This document shows, piece after piece, positions 1 through 9,349 of a stretch of 64,000 bases of DNA. How positions within the stretch are numbered: position 1 is the first letter of the stretch; every line of letters starts with the position of its first letter. The notes below the pieces were generated by a model that had not been told where the DNA came from, made no database searches, and worked only from the letters and a program-made list of their open reading frames with translations. The stretch is from an uncultured Prevotellaceae bacterium (lineage in GTDB: Bacteria; Bacteroidota; Bacteroidia; Bacteroidales; Muribaculaceae). The translations under genes and the position numbers were made by a program. The stretch covers positions 278-64,277 of the forward strand of contig CALDIG010000303.1 in the NCBI GenBank assembly GCA_937904375.1. Direction: 5' to 3'.

Positions 1-113
1 TTGTGATTTTTTCAAAAAAATCTTGATTTTTTCATTGCTATTTTGGAATTATTTTATACCTTTGCATAGCGTATATGCGCTATATGTTTTATTAACGATA
101 TTTCAATATAATT

Positions 114-752
114 ATGGCTATACCTGCAGAGATTTTGGCGGTCGAAAGACCCAAGAACACGAGAGTGAAGAAGTCGGGCGAGAGATACCTTGTCATCAAG
201 CGCACGTGCAAGCGCGTGAACGGGCGCAATGTGCCGGTGGAGCTGGGCACGATTGGCGAGATTGTCAACGGCAAGTATGTTGAAAAGCGCACCGTTCCTC
301 GTTCGAAAGAGGTCGAAATGAAGGACTATGGGGAGGTGGCGCTCAACGATAAGTGCAAGGGCGACCTGCTTCAGGAGCTGGCCAACGTGTGGGACATCGC
401 CGACGCCAAACGTCTGCTGGTGATTGCGTTGCTTCGCTCGTCGTATGGCGACATGCGCAACCGCGACTTGGAGATGCGCTACGAGACATCGTTCCTGAGC
501 GAGATGTATCCCGGCGTGGCTTTGTCGGAGAATGCGGTGACGAGGTTCTTAAGCGGAATCGGAGCCGCCTACTCGCTGATAGTGGAGTTTATGCGCAACC
601 GCATCACGGCCTTCGCGGGCGGCAAGATGGTCATTGACGGCATGCTCAAGGACTACAATTCGGAGACGAGTTCTATGTCGGAGTTCTCGCGCAAGGCATT
701 GAAGAAAGGCAGCCGCGACGTGAACCTGATGTACAGTCCCGTCACGTCCTGA
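114..752 (+). pseudogene. Transposase N-terminal half (IS1634/IS4-superfamily-like), truncated
   Basis: ORF MAIPAEILAVERPKNT... reaches a first DDE-like motif (MVIDG), then ends at 212 aa where it runs into an unrelated opposite-strand gene; TACCTTTG promoter motif at 57-64. Confidence 0.7.
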
Positions 753-964
753 TTATCAATGGCATTGTTATTGCTTCCAGAGCGAGAGAAGACGCAGTTG
801 TCGATGGTGAGCAACTTGGTGTCTTCATCGTAGGTGACAGTGCCGCCGCCTGTGGTAAAACTGGTAGTGCCCGTGATTTTGTTACCGTTTACATAAATCA
901 CAGTACCATTGGCAATCAACATGGTAATGACAGCCATTATCAATGAAAGTAATGCCTTTTTCAT
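720..964 (-). pseudogene. 5' fragment of a secreted/surface protein
   Basis: Signal-peptide-like MKKALLSLIMAVITMLIANG followed by T/G/N-rich beta-strand sequence; after LYIRFT the frame reads into antisense transposase sequence. Confidence 0.55.
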
Positions 965-1040
965 AATTTATAGGTCATTATCATTCTACAATAAATTCTT
1001 AAAACGGAATAAGTTAATTCCAAGTTCTGCAATACTGTTT

Positions 1041-2603
1041 TCACCTCTCCACCTTCCAGTTGTCGATAGTGCGTGTGTCAGGATTCACGGTTACACCCAC
1101 TTTTACTTTGGGACGAGGGTCATTCCAGTAAGGGATGAGGTAATCTCGCTCGTTGATTTGGGCGAGCGCATCGTCAACAGTGGCGGTAGTCGAGATTTTC
1201 AGTTCCAGCACATATATTGTGTTGCGACCATTCATCACCACATCGCAGCGGCCGCGCGCGTTCCTCACCTCGGTCCGCGTCTCGATGCCTATGCAGTCAA
1301 ACATCACCCGCAGCAACGTCTCAAAGTCTCGCTCGGTTTTGTTGCTCAGGTTATAGGGCAACGCCGCCAGATAGCTCTGAGCGGCTGTCAGGGCGGCGTC
1401 TATATCGTCGGCGAGCATCGCCTTGCGCACCGCCATGATCAGTGACTCGTTCTGGCTGATGTCTCTGCCCAGGTAATGCGGCATCAAGGTGCTGTAAAGA
1501 CCGGCATGCACTTCCTGGTTGGGGATGCCGAGGGTGTAGATGTTTGACTCGAAATCATAGTCTTTGATGGTGAGATATCCGCTCTGATAGAGGATGGGTA
1601 TCGCACTCTCCATGTTGTCGAACGGCTGGTCAAAAGTGCGGCGGAAGACCTGCGTGTTCTCAATGTCGCTGAGCTTGAAGTTGTACTTGTCAAGAATCTT
1701 GATCAGTGCCGCCGGCGTGCCGCTCGTGAACCAATAGTCCTCGAGTTCGCCGGCACTAAAAGCGTTGACAATGCTGTAGGGGTTATAGACATCAACCATC
1801 TTGGGTCCGAAGTGATATCCGTCGTAGCGGTCTCGAAGCAGTTGCAGGGCACGCTCGTTGGTGATGTTTCTTTTCTGGGCTAAAAGCTCGATATCTGGAT
1901 GAAAACTCTCCTCAAGTTCTTGAGATGTGATACCGCACAGCGCTTCCCATTTCTCCTGCATTGAAATGTTGGTCAAGTTATTGATTGTTGAGAAGATTGA
2001 CATCTGCGAGAATTTGGTGACACCGGTAATGAAAACAAATCGCAGGTGCTCGCCCATATTCTTGACGGGACCATAAAATGAGTTGAAGATGGAACGGATG
2101 GCATTCATCTTCTCGGGCTCGCCGATAACGTTGAGAACCGGCGAGTCGTACTCATCGAAGATCAATACGGCGCGGTGACCGGTAAGCTCATGGGCTTTGT
2201 TAATTAGCATCTTCAAGCGGTCACCAAAGCCTAAATCGTTTTTAGGAATACCATATTTCTCCTCAAAAATACTAAGCGACAAACTTAAAGACACTCTAAC
2301 GCCGCCGGGGTCGTCATTCTTACATTGTGACATATCAAAGTGAAAGACAGGATACTCGGTCCAATCTTTCTCAAGCCTGTCAATCGCAAGACCCTCAAAA
2401 AGTTCTTTGTGCCCCAAGAAATAGTGCTTGAGCGTGGAGCATAGCAACGACTTCCCAAACCGCCTGGGGCGGCTCAGGAACAGCGCGTCACCGCAATTAT
2501 TGGCTAGCTCATAAACATACCTTGTCTTGTCAACATAAACAAAACCATCGGTGACAATTTTCTCAAAATCCTGCACTCCGGCAGGGTAACGACGTCGTGA
2601 CAT
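1041..2603 (-). CDS. AAA-ATPase-like protein with C-terminal PD-(D/E)XK nuclease domain
   Basis: YVDKT, Walker A SRPRRFGKS, Walker B IFDEYD, FITGVTKF, C-terminal GRCD...LELK. Confidence 0.9.
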   Translation of the reverse strand: MSRRRYPAGVQDFEKIVTDGFVYVDKTRYVYELANNCGDALFLSRPRRFGKSLLCSTLKHYFLGHKELFEGLAIDRLEKDWTEYPVFHFDMSQCKNDDPGGVRVSLSLSLSIFEEKYGIPKNDLGFGDRLKMLINKAHELTGHRAVLIFDEYDSPVLNVIGEPEKMNAIRSIFNSFYGPVKNMGEHLRFVFITGVTKFSQMSIFSTINNLTNISMQEKWEALCGITSQELEESFHPDIELLAQKRNITNERALQLLRDRYDGYHFGPKMVDVYNPYSIVNAFSAGELEDYWFTSGTPAALIKILDKYNFKLSDIENTQVFRRTFDQPFDNMESAIPILYQSGYLTIKDYDFESNIYTLGIPNQEVHAGLYSTLMPHYLGRDISQNESLIMAVRKAMLADDIDAALTAAQSYLAALPYNLSNKTERDFETLLRVMFDCIGIETRTEVRNARGRCDVVMNGRNTIYVLELKISTTATVDDALAQINERDYLIPYWNDPRPKVKVGVTVNPDTRTIDNWKVER

Positions 2604-2708
2604 AGCTTCAGTAGAATATTAGTAGTAGAGTGTAAATAGTTAATTATTGTTGCGGAGCACTCTATATCTTAACTCAACAAAAAGCAACAATAGAATAAAA
2701 TTTTGAAT

Positions 2709-2771
2709 AAAATGCTCACGCTTGCAAGGCTTTGAACAAGTTCAAGCTTTGACTCGCTTAATCGCATTTTT
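2709..2771 (+). repeat. Dispersed ~62-bp intergenic palindromic repeat, copy 1
   Basis: AAAATGCTCACGCTTGCAAGGCTTTGAACAAGTTCAAGCTTTGACTCGCTTAATCGCATTTT; similar copies at 26766 and 39214 (inverted). Confidence 0.8.
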
Positions 2772-2984
2772 GTTTTTTTGTCATCTTTTGTTGTCTTTGT
2801 TTGATTTCTGACCCTCTATAAAGAGGACAGGTTTTTCGATTACAAAGGTACATATTTTTGAGCAGAACACAAATTTTTTTAGCTTTTTGAGTATTAATTA
2901 TGCTAGATAATGGGCATTTATCAAGAAAAATGTGTAATTTTGCAAATTATCGATGAAATTATCCACACATAAATATCAATAAAA

Positions 2985-5372
2985 ATGAAAAAACGACACA
3001 TCACTTTAGCGACTTTATTGTCACTTGCCATCATAGCTATTGCGGCTATCAAGGGCGACGTGAACGGCGACGGAGCGGTGACTGCCAGCGACGTGACAGC
3101 ACTTTACAACTATTTGCTCAACAACGACACGAGCGGCCTTGTCAACGGCGATGTTGACGGTGACGGCAACATCACCGCCGGCGATGTGACGCAGGTATAT
3201 AACATCCTGCTCAACGGACAGGAGCCGGAGCCTGAACCAGAGCCCATCGTCACAGAATTTACCGTTAATGGTGTCACCTTCAAGATGGTTACTGTTGATG
3301 GCGGCACATTCAGGATGGGTGCAACCGACGAGGAAATCAACATCGGTGACGCCGGTGCCTATGACTATCCAGCCCACGATGTGACTCTCACCACTTATTC
3401 CATTGGGCAGACCGAAGTCACTGGACAGTTGTGGGATGCCGTGATGGGTACCAACTATTACAACAACACCGAACCAGTTTATTACGTCACTTTAACCGAA
3501 ATAGAAGAGTTTATCGCTAAGCTCAACGAGGCCACCGGACTCAAGTTCCGCCTGCCCACCGAGGCGGAATGGGAGTTTGCAGCTCAAGGTGGCAACCTGA
3601 GTAAAGGCTACAAATATGCCGGCAGCAACGACATTGACGAAGTGGCGTGGTACAAAAGCAACTCGGGCAATGCGCCCCACCCTGTCGCACAAAAAGCCCC
3701 CAACGAGCTAGGACTCTACGACATGAGCGGCAACGTGCAAGAGTGGTGCAGCGACCGCTTCTACGAATATACCGAGGATCCGCAATTCAACCCCGTCAGT
3801 CTGTCCACCAGCTCACTGCTTGAGTGCCGCGGTGGTTCTTTCCACTCCACATCACCCACCTGCCGTGTGCGTGGGCGCAACGCTCAATCCCCCACTTCGC
3901 CCACCAACTACTATGGCTTCCGCCTCGCACTCGACAACGCCACGCTTTATAATGTGGGAGGTGTGACTTTCAAGATGATTGACGTGGAAGGCGGCATGTT
4001 CATGATGGGAGCCATGGATGGCGATGCCAATGCTCTTGACGACGAGTTCCCTGTTCATCAAGTTACGTTATCTAACTACTCTATAGGACAAACCGAGGTG
4101 ACACAGGAGTTGTGGACTGCCGTAATGGGCAGCAACCCCAGCAATTTCAGCGGCAACTTCTTGCCGGTTGAGAATGTTAGCTGGAACAACTGCCAGGAGT
4201 TTGTAGCAAGACTAAATGAAATGGTCACTCTCCCCGATGGATACGAGTTCCGACTGCCCACTGAGGCAGAGTGGGAATTTGCCGCCCGCGGTGGTAACAA
4301 CAGCCATGGATACCTTTACAGCGGAAGCAACAATATGGACGAGGTGGCGTGGACCAATGACAATTCTGGTCGTATGTCTCATCCTGTAGCATCTAAAAAA
4401 CCTAACGAGCTGGGACTCTACGACATGAGCGGCAACTTGCAGGAGCTGTGCTATGACTGGTATGCCGAGCAATATCCTGCCGACCCGCAAGTTGACCCCA
4501 CTGGTCCTGAGACGGGCGAAGCCCGCATAACTCGTGGTGGTTGCTGGGCATGGTATGAGACGTCCTACAACCGTGTCACCTTCCGCGACAACGCATTAGT
4601 AAATGAGAAAAAATCATATATTGGCCTGCGCTTGGCACTGGCTCCCAAGACAAGCGAGACGTTTAATATCAACGGAGTGGAGTTCACCATGATTCTCGTG
4701 CGTGGCGGCACGTTCACGATGGGTAATGACAATAACCTGAACCCATCGCACGAGCATCCGGCTCACAGTGTGACACTCGATGACTATTACATTGCGCAGA
4801 CCGAGCTGACATACGGACTATGGCATGCTGTCATGGATGAATCTTTCAGTCCATCCTATTATGACTCGCAAGCCCAGAATGGACTCACTTGGACTGAATG
4901 CCAGCAGTTTATCACAAAACTCAACACACTCACCGGCAAGAACTTCCGCTTGCCTACCGAGGCAGAGTGGGAATTTGCAGCCCGTGGAGGCTTGCACTCT
5001 AAAGGTTATAAATATTCAGGCGGTGATGACCTGTATTCTATCGCATGGTTCTCGGGCAACGTGGGCAATGACTGGACACCTCGTGTGGTAGCACAAATGA
5101 CTCCTAACGAGCTAGGGCTCTACGACATGAGCGGCAACGTTGCCGAGTGGTGTCAAGACTGGTACAGCTCCACTTATTACAGCGTGTCGCCTGCTTATAA
5201 TCCTCAAGGCCCGACTAGCGGCACTAAAAGAGTGCTGCGTGGTGGCAGGCTGTTGCACCACGCACCCTACATGCGAGTTGACTACCGCGACAGCCAAGAC
5301 CCCGATGCGGTATATGAACAAAGTGCCAATCTCGAAGGTATGCGCCTGGTATTATCATTATCACAAGAATAG
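2985..5372 (+). CDS. Secreted protein: dockerin-like domain plus three FGE-sulfatase (SUMF1/CLec-fold) domains
   Basis: Signal peptide; GDVNGDG..DV twice; three repeats of FRLPTEAEWEFAA / PNELGLYDMSGN / RGG...G(F/L/M)RL. Confidence 0.9.
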   Translation: MKKRHITLATLLSLAIIAIAAIKGDVNGDGAVTASDVTALYNYLLNNDTSGLVNGDVDGDGNITAGDVTQVYNILLNGQEPEPEPEPIVTEFTVNGVTFKMVTVDGGTFRMGATDEEINIGDAGAYDYPAHDVTLTTYSIGQTEVTGQLWDAVMGTNYYNNTEPVYYVTLTEIEEFIAKLNEATGLKFRLPTEAEWEFAAQGGNLSKGYKYAGSNDIDEVAWYKSNSGNAPHPVAQKAPNELGLYDMSGNVQEWCSDRFYEYTEDPQFNPVSLSTSSLLECRGGSFHSTSPTCRVRGRNAQSPTSPTNYYGFRLALDNATLYNVGGVTFKMIDVEGGMFMMGAMDGDANALDDEFPVHQVTLSNYSIGQTEVTQELWTAVMGSNPSNFSGNFLPVENVSWNNCQEFVARLNEMVTLPDGYEFRLPTEAEWEFAARGGNNSHGYLYSGSNNMDEVAWTNDNSGRMSHPVASKKPNELGLYDMSGNLQELCYDWYAEQYPADPQVDPTGPETGEARITRGGCWAWYETSYNRVTFRDNALVNEKKSYIGLRLALAPKTSETFNINGVEFTMILVRGGTFTMGNDNNLNPSHEHPAHSVTLDDYYIAQTELTYGLWHAVMDESFSPSYYDSQAQNGLTWTECQQFITKLNTLTGKNFRLPTEAEWEFAARGGLHSKGYKYSGGDDLYSIAWFSGNVGNDWTPRVVAQMTPNELGLYDMSGNVAEWCQDWYSSTYYSVSPAYNPQGPTSGTKRVLRGGRLLHHAPYMRVDYRDSQDPDAVYEQSANLEGMRLVLSLSQE

Positions 5373-5390
5373 CAACTAAATATATCAAAT

Positions 5391-7025
5391 ATGAAAAAGA
5401 AATTATTACTATCGCTTTTTGGCTTGCTTGCCACTTTTAGTGCATCTGCCCTCAAGGGCGACGTGAATGGCGACGGAGCGGTGACTGCCACCGACGTGAC
5501 AGCTCTCTACAACTATCTGCTCAACGGCGACACGAGCAGTCTTGTCAATGGCGATGTTGACGGCGACGGCAGCATCACCGCCGGCGATGTGACGCAGGTA
5601 TATAACATTCTGCTCAACGGACAGGAGCCTGAGATAACCGAGTACACCGTGGGTGGCGTTACATTCAAGATGGTGGAGGTTGAAGGCGGCACGTTCACGA
5701 TGGGTGGCACCGCCGAGCAGGGCAGCGATGCTTCCAGCGACGAGAGACCCACTCACCAGGTGACACTGAGTTCTTTCTCCATCGGTCAGACCGAGGTGAC
5801 ACAGGAACTGTGGGCCGCCGTTATGGGCAGCAACCCCAGTGGGTTCAGCGGCACTAATATGCCTGTTGAAATGGTGAGTTGGAATGACTGTCAGGAATTT
5901 ATCACCAAGCTCAACCTGATGACCGGCAAGAACTTCCGCCTGCCCACCGAGGCAGAGTGGGAATATGCAGCACGTGGCGGTAACCAGAGCAAGGGATACA
6001 AGTATGCCGGCAGTAACACTGCCGATAATGTAGCCTGGATTCATGAAAATGCCGATTGGACTACACATCCAGTAGCCACAAAAGCCCCCAACGAGCTTGG
6101 CATCTACGACATGAGCGGCAATGTTTACGAGTGGTGCGGCGACTGGTATGGCACTTACAGTGCTGATGCGCAGACCAATCCCCTAGGACCCGCGTCGGGC
6201 GATGAACGTGTGTGTCGCGGTGGGGCTTGGGATTACGATGAATGGTCTTGCCGTGTGTCACTACGTGGTAGCCTCGACCCTGAAGAAGACCGCTACAATT
6301 TTCTCGGCCTGCGCCTAGCCGAAGGACCTATCGCAAAAAAGGTGTTCTCGGCGAATGGCGTAATATTCAACATGGTAAAAGTTGACGGCGGCACGTTCAT
6401 GATGGGAGCCGCCGATGACGACACCGAGGCTTACGACCTTGAGCGCCCAGCCCATCAAGTCACGCTCTCCGACTACTGGATTGGCGAGACCGAAGTCACC
6501 GAAGCCCTATGGAAAGCCGTGATGGAAGTTGATGAGACATCGTTCTCTATGGGCGATAACTATCCTGTGAGAAGGGTGTCGTGGGACGACTGTATTGAAT
6601 TTGCCGAGAGGCTTAGCCAGCTCACGGGCGTTAATTTCACGCTGCCCACCGAGGCGCAGTGGGAGTTTGCCGCCCGCGGTGGAAATTTAAGCCACGGATA
6701 TCTCTATGCTGGCAGCAATACGCTTGGTGACGTGGCTTGGTATGCCGACAACAGCGGAAACGTTCTTCATGAGGTGGCTACTAAGGCACCCAATGAATTG
6801 GGCATCTATGATATGTGCGGGAACATCGCCGAGTGGTGCCTTGACGACATCTATGACTACACCCCTGAGGCGCAAGTCGATCCAACACACCCAAAGACCA
6901 CAGTCAACAACATGTTGCGAAGCAGCGCGTGGGATGATGTCGCCAAAGACTGTCGCTTGACAACCCGCTGGAAAACTAATGGCATGAGCATATGGATAGG
7001 TTTGCGCCTCGCCATCCAGGACTGA
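5391..7025 (+). CDS. Secreted protein: dockerin-like domain plus two FGE-sulfatase domains
   Basis: Same architecture and motifs as the upstream gene; dockerin DNA closely similar to 3050-3229. Confidence 0.9.
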   Translation: MKKKLLLSLFGLLATFSASALKGDVNGDGAVTATDVTALYNYLLNGDTSSLVNGDVDGDGSITAGDVTQVYNILLNGQEPEITEYTVGGVTFKMVEVEGGTFTMGGTAEQGSDASSDERPTHQVTLSSFSIGQTEVTQELWAAVMGSNPSGFSGTNMPVEMVSWNDCQEFITKLNLMTGKNFRLPTEAEWEYAARGGNQSKGYKYAGSNTADNVAWIHENADWTTHPVATKAPNELGIYDMSGNVYEWCGDWYGTYSADAQTNPLGPASGDERVCRGGAWDYDEWSCRVSLRGSLDPEEDRYNFLGLRLAEGPIAKKVFSANGVIFNMVKVDGGTFMMGAADDDTEAYDLERPAHQVTLSDYWIGETEVTEALWKAVMEVDETSFSMGDNYPVRRVSWDDCIEFAERLSQLTGVNFTLPTEAQWEFAARGGNLSHGYLYAGSNTLGDVAWYADNSGNVLHEVATKAPNELGIYDMCGNIAEWCLDDIYDYTPEAQVDPTHPKTTVNNMLRSSAWDDVAKDCRLTTRWKTNGMSIWIGLRLAIQD

Positions 7026-7046
7026 ATTATTCAAGTTTAAATAATG

Positions 7047-7232
7047 CTTAAGGTGGGTTCTATAAATTGCTCGAGTCAGATTATTTTAGATTTTTGAACA
7101 GATTATGTCTCAAATGTGCGAAATAGTAGCGAGCTACAGTTCAAGCATTTGAGGCAAAAGATGCCAAAAAGAAAAATAATATGACCGAAACATAAAACTC
7201 TCATATTAGGAATTTATAGAACCCACCTTAAG
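7047..7232. mobile_element. MITE-like element (186 bp)
   Basis: Perfect 22-bp terminal inverted repeats CTTAAGGTGGGTTCTATAAATT / AATTTATAGAACCCACCTTAAG; no ORF. Confidence 0.85.
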
Positions 7233-7439
7233 TAATTCTTTGACAACTGAATCGGCAGTCAATTCCTTTTCTTTCAGAATATTGGCTATATGCATACTGA
7301 TGTTTGGCTTCTAGGTGGCAAAAAGTTCTGCCATCTGCTGCTGGTTGAGCCATATTTTGCCGTCTTTGGCAAAAAGAGCGACAGAAGCATTGCCATCGGC
7401 GGTGCGGTAAATTATGATATTTCTTTGGTCTTCGTCCAT
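7233..7439 (-). pseudogene. RhuM-family 5' fragment
   Basis: Translates MDEDQRNIIIYRTADGNASVALFAKDGKIWLNQQQMAELFAT*KPNIS...; paralogous to 13193-13675; internal stop; ends at the MITE. Confidence 0.8.
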
Positions 7440-7505
7440 AATTGAATTGTGGTTAATATAACGAAACCTATTGGTGATTATGCATTGTGCATTATGAATT
7501 ATGCA

Positions 7506-7571
7506 TTACATGTTGAAATAGCTTGAGCGGTCGAGGTTGCCCTCTAGCCGATGGCTTCCATGATGTGGTGC
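7506..7571 (-). pseudogene. comM/yifB 3'-end remnant, copy 5 (~66 bp)
   Basis: Aligns to 23974-24040; encodes PHHIMEAIG then, after a frameshift, NLDRSSYFNM*. Confidence 0.85.
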
Positions 7572-7646
7572 GGGATGTTAAATACTCTCTTTGTCAAATG
7601 TCTAATCATGTTTTTTGGATCATATCAATTGTCATTTTTTCCTGTT

Positions 7647-8900
7647 TTACAAATCCAAGCTGTCTTCTTTGAGAAGGAAATCGAAAAGACCGATAGTTAG
7701 TATTCCCTCTTCGTTTCGGCGAGGCATTATGTGGTCTTTCACAACGATTACTTTCTTGAAAGAATCATTGATGTTTGTCAGCGAACGAGACTCTTGTATC
7801 TCTTTCTCCCTATCTGGAATGGATAAGGCAGACTGTACATAATACTTCTTGCTTCCAAGATTAGCAACGAAGTCCACTTCAAGCTGAGTGCGAATCCACT
7901 TCCCGTCTTTGTCGGGCTTCCTTATCTCTACCATTCCAACATCTACACTGTAGCCACGAGTTTTCAGTTCATTGTAAATGATGTTTTCCATGATATGTGT
8001 TTCCTCTTGCTGGCGCATATCAAGAATGGCATTTCTCAGGCCAATGTCTGTGAAATAATACTTAGAAAGAGTGTTGATATACTTCTTTCCTTTAATGTCG
8101 TAACGTATGGCCTTATTTAACAAGAAAGACTCTAGCAAATAAGTGAGGTAATTTGATATGGTTTGACTGCCAATCTTCACATTTTTCACACTCTTGAAAG
8201 TGTTTGACAATTTTGTAGGATTACAAGGGGCTCCGATAGATGATGCTAAAATGAGCACTAGCTCACGCATTTCATTCTCATTCTTGATGTTATGTCGCTC
8301 AATAATGTCTGCCAAATAAACGGTTTCAAACAATTCCTTTAGGTAGTTTATCTTCTTTTGTTCTGTGTCAAAAGACTGAATGAGAGGCAAACCGCCATAG
8401 GTATAATATTCGCGCCATGCGTCTTGCTTGTCTCCGCCTTTAGCAGAATAGAACTCCGAGAATGATAGAGGATAAACATGAATAGTTTCTCCTCGACCAC
8501 GAAACTCCGTCGGTATGTCGGATGAAAGGAAATGTGAGTTGCTTCCTGTCACATAAGTGTCGGCTTTGTCAATATGCAGGAAACTATTCAAAACATCCAC
8601 AAACTCATCCATTAACTGCACCTCATCAATAATGATGTAGTATAGTTCTTTGTCCTTGATTCTATCATGTACAAATTTAAGCATCGCATCTGGATCTCTC
8701 AAATCCTTGTTCTTGCGGTCTTCAAGATCAACACGGATGATATGGTCATCTGCCACCCCATTCTCTAACAGGTAGTGATAGAACAAGACATTCAGCAGGT
8801 ACGACTTGCCACATCTGCGGATTCCAGTAATCACCTTTATAAAGCCATTTTGACGGCTTTCTATCAGTTGCTGGAGATACTTATCTCTTTTTATTTCCAT
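7647..8900 (-). CDS. AAA+ ATPase (AAA_14-like) with DUF4143-like C-terminus
   Basis: GIRRCGKS, IIDEVQ, TGSNS, YGGLP, KYYFTDIGLRN, EVDFV. Confidence 0.9.
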   Translation of the reverse strand: MEIKRDKYLQQLIESRQNGFIKVITGIRRCGKSYLLNVLFYHYLLENGVADDHIIRVDLEDRKNKDLRDPDAMLKFVHDRIKDKELYYIIIDEVQLMDEFVDVLNSFLHIDKADTYVTGSNSHFLSSDIPTEFRGRGETIHVYPLSFSEFYSAKGGDKQDAWREYYTYGGLPLIQSFDTEQKKINYLKELFETVYLADIIERHNIKNENEMRELVLILASSIGAPCNPTKLSNTFKSVKNVKIGSQTISNYLTYLLESFLLNKAIRYDIKGKKYINTLSKYYFTDIGLRNAILDMRQQEETHIMENIIYNELKTRGYSVDVGMVEIRKPDKDGKWIRTQLEVDFVANLGSKKYYVQSALSIPDREKEIQESRSLTNINDSFKKVIVVKDHIMPRRNEEGILTIGLFDFLLKEDSLDL

Positions 8901-9099
8901 TGCCTAGATTAAATTTATGTCAATATTGACAACTTTTTACTATGCAAAAGTAGGGAGATATATCCAATTAAGCAAATGTTACATTAAAAAAATGACAACA
9001 TTGACAGATTTTTAATGCAACCAGGGTGTTTAAATGCTCAAAGCGTTATTACAAAGCATGGCTGTACGACTAAAAACAACAATCAACCTTTAAGGTACC

Positions 9100-9227
9100 C
9101 TACAAATTAAAGTAGCTGGCGCGGTCGAGGTTGCCCTCTAGCCGATGGCCTCCATGATGTGGGGCTGGCGCACCTGGACGCTGCCGTCGAGGTCGGCGAT
9201 GGTGCGGGCTACTTTCAGGATAAGGTC
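9100..9227 (-). pseudogene. comM/yifB 3'-end remnant, copy 4 (~128 bp)
   Basis: Aligns to 23974-24100 (ILKVARTIADLDGSVQVRQPHIMEAIG...ASYFNL*). Confidence 0.9.
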
Positions 9228-9345
9228 AAACAACCTTATCGTTCCATAAACGTTTCAGGAACTGCTCAACGGGCCACACTTCGATGTTGTTAAGTTTGCG
9301 AGGTCGTTCTTCCATTGAGAGCAGATAAAGTTTAACATTGGGGGC
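9226..9345 (-). pseudogene. 3' fragment of the ATPase gene at 13812, interrupted by IS5
   Basis: Near-identical to 13812-13920 ([28 protein letters not shown]); weak similarity resumes at ~10832-10852 beyond the IS. Confidence 0.85.
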
Positions 9346-9349
9346 TTAG

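Noticed and set aside
2985..7025. Complete diversity-generating retroelement
   Set aside because: No reverse transcriptase, accessory gene or adenine-specific template repeat is visible in the window.
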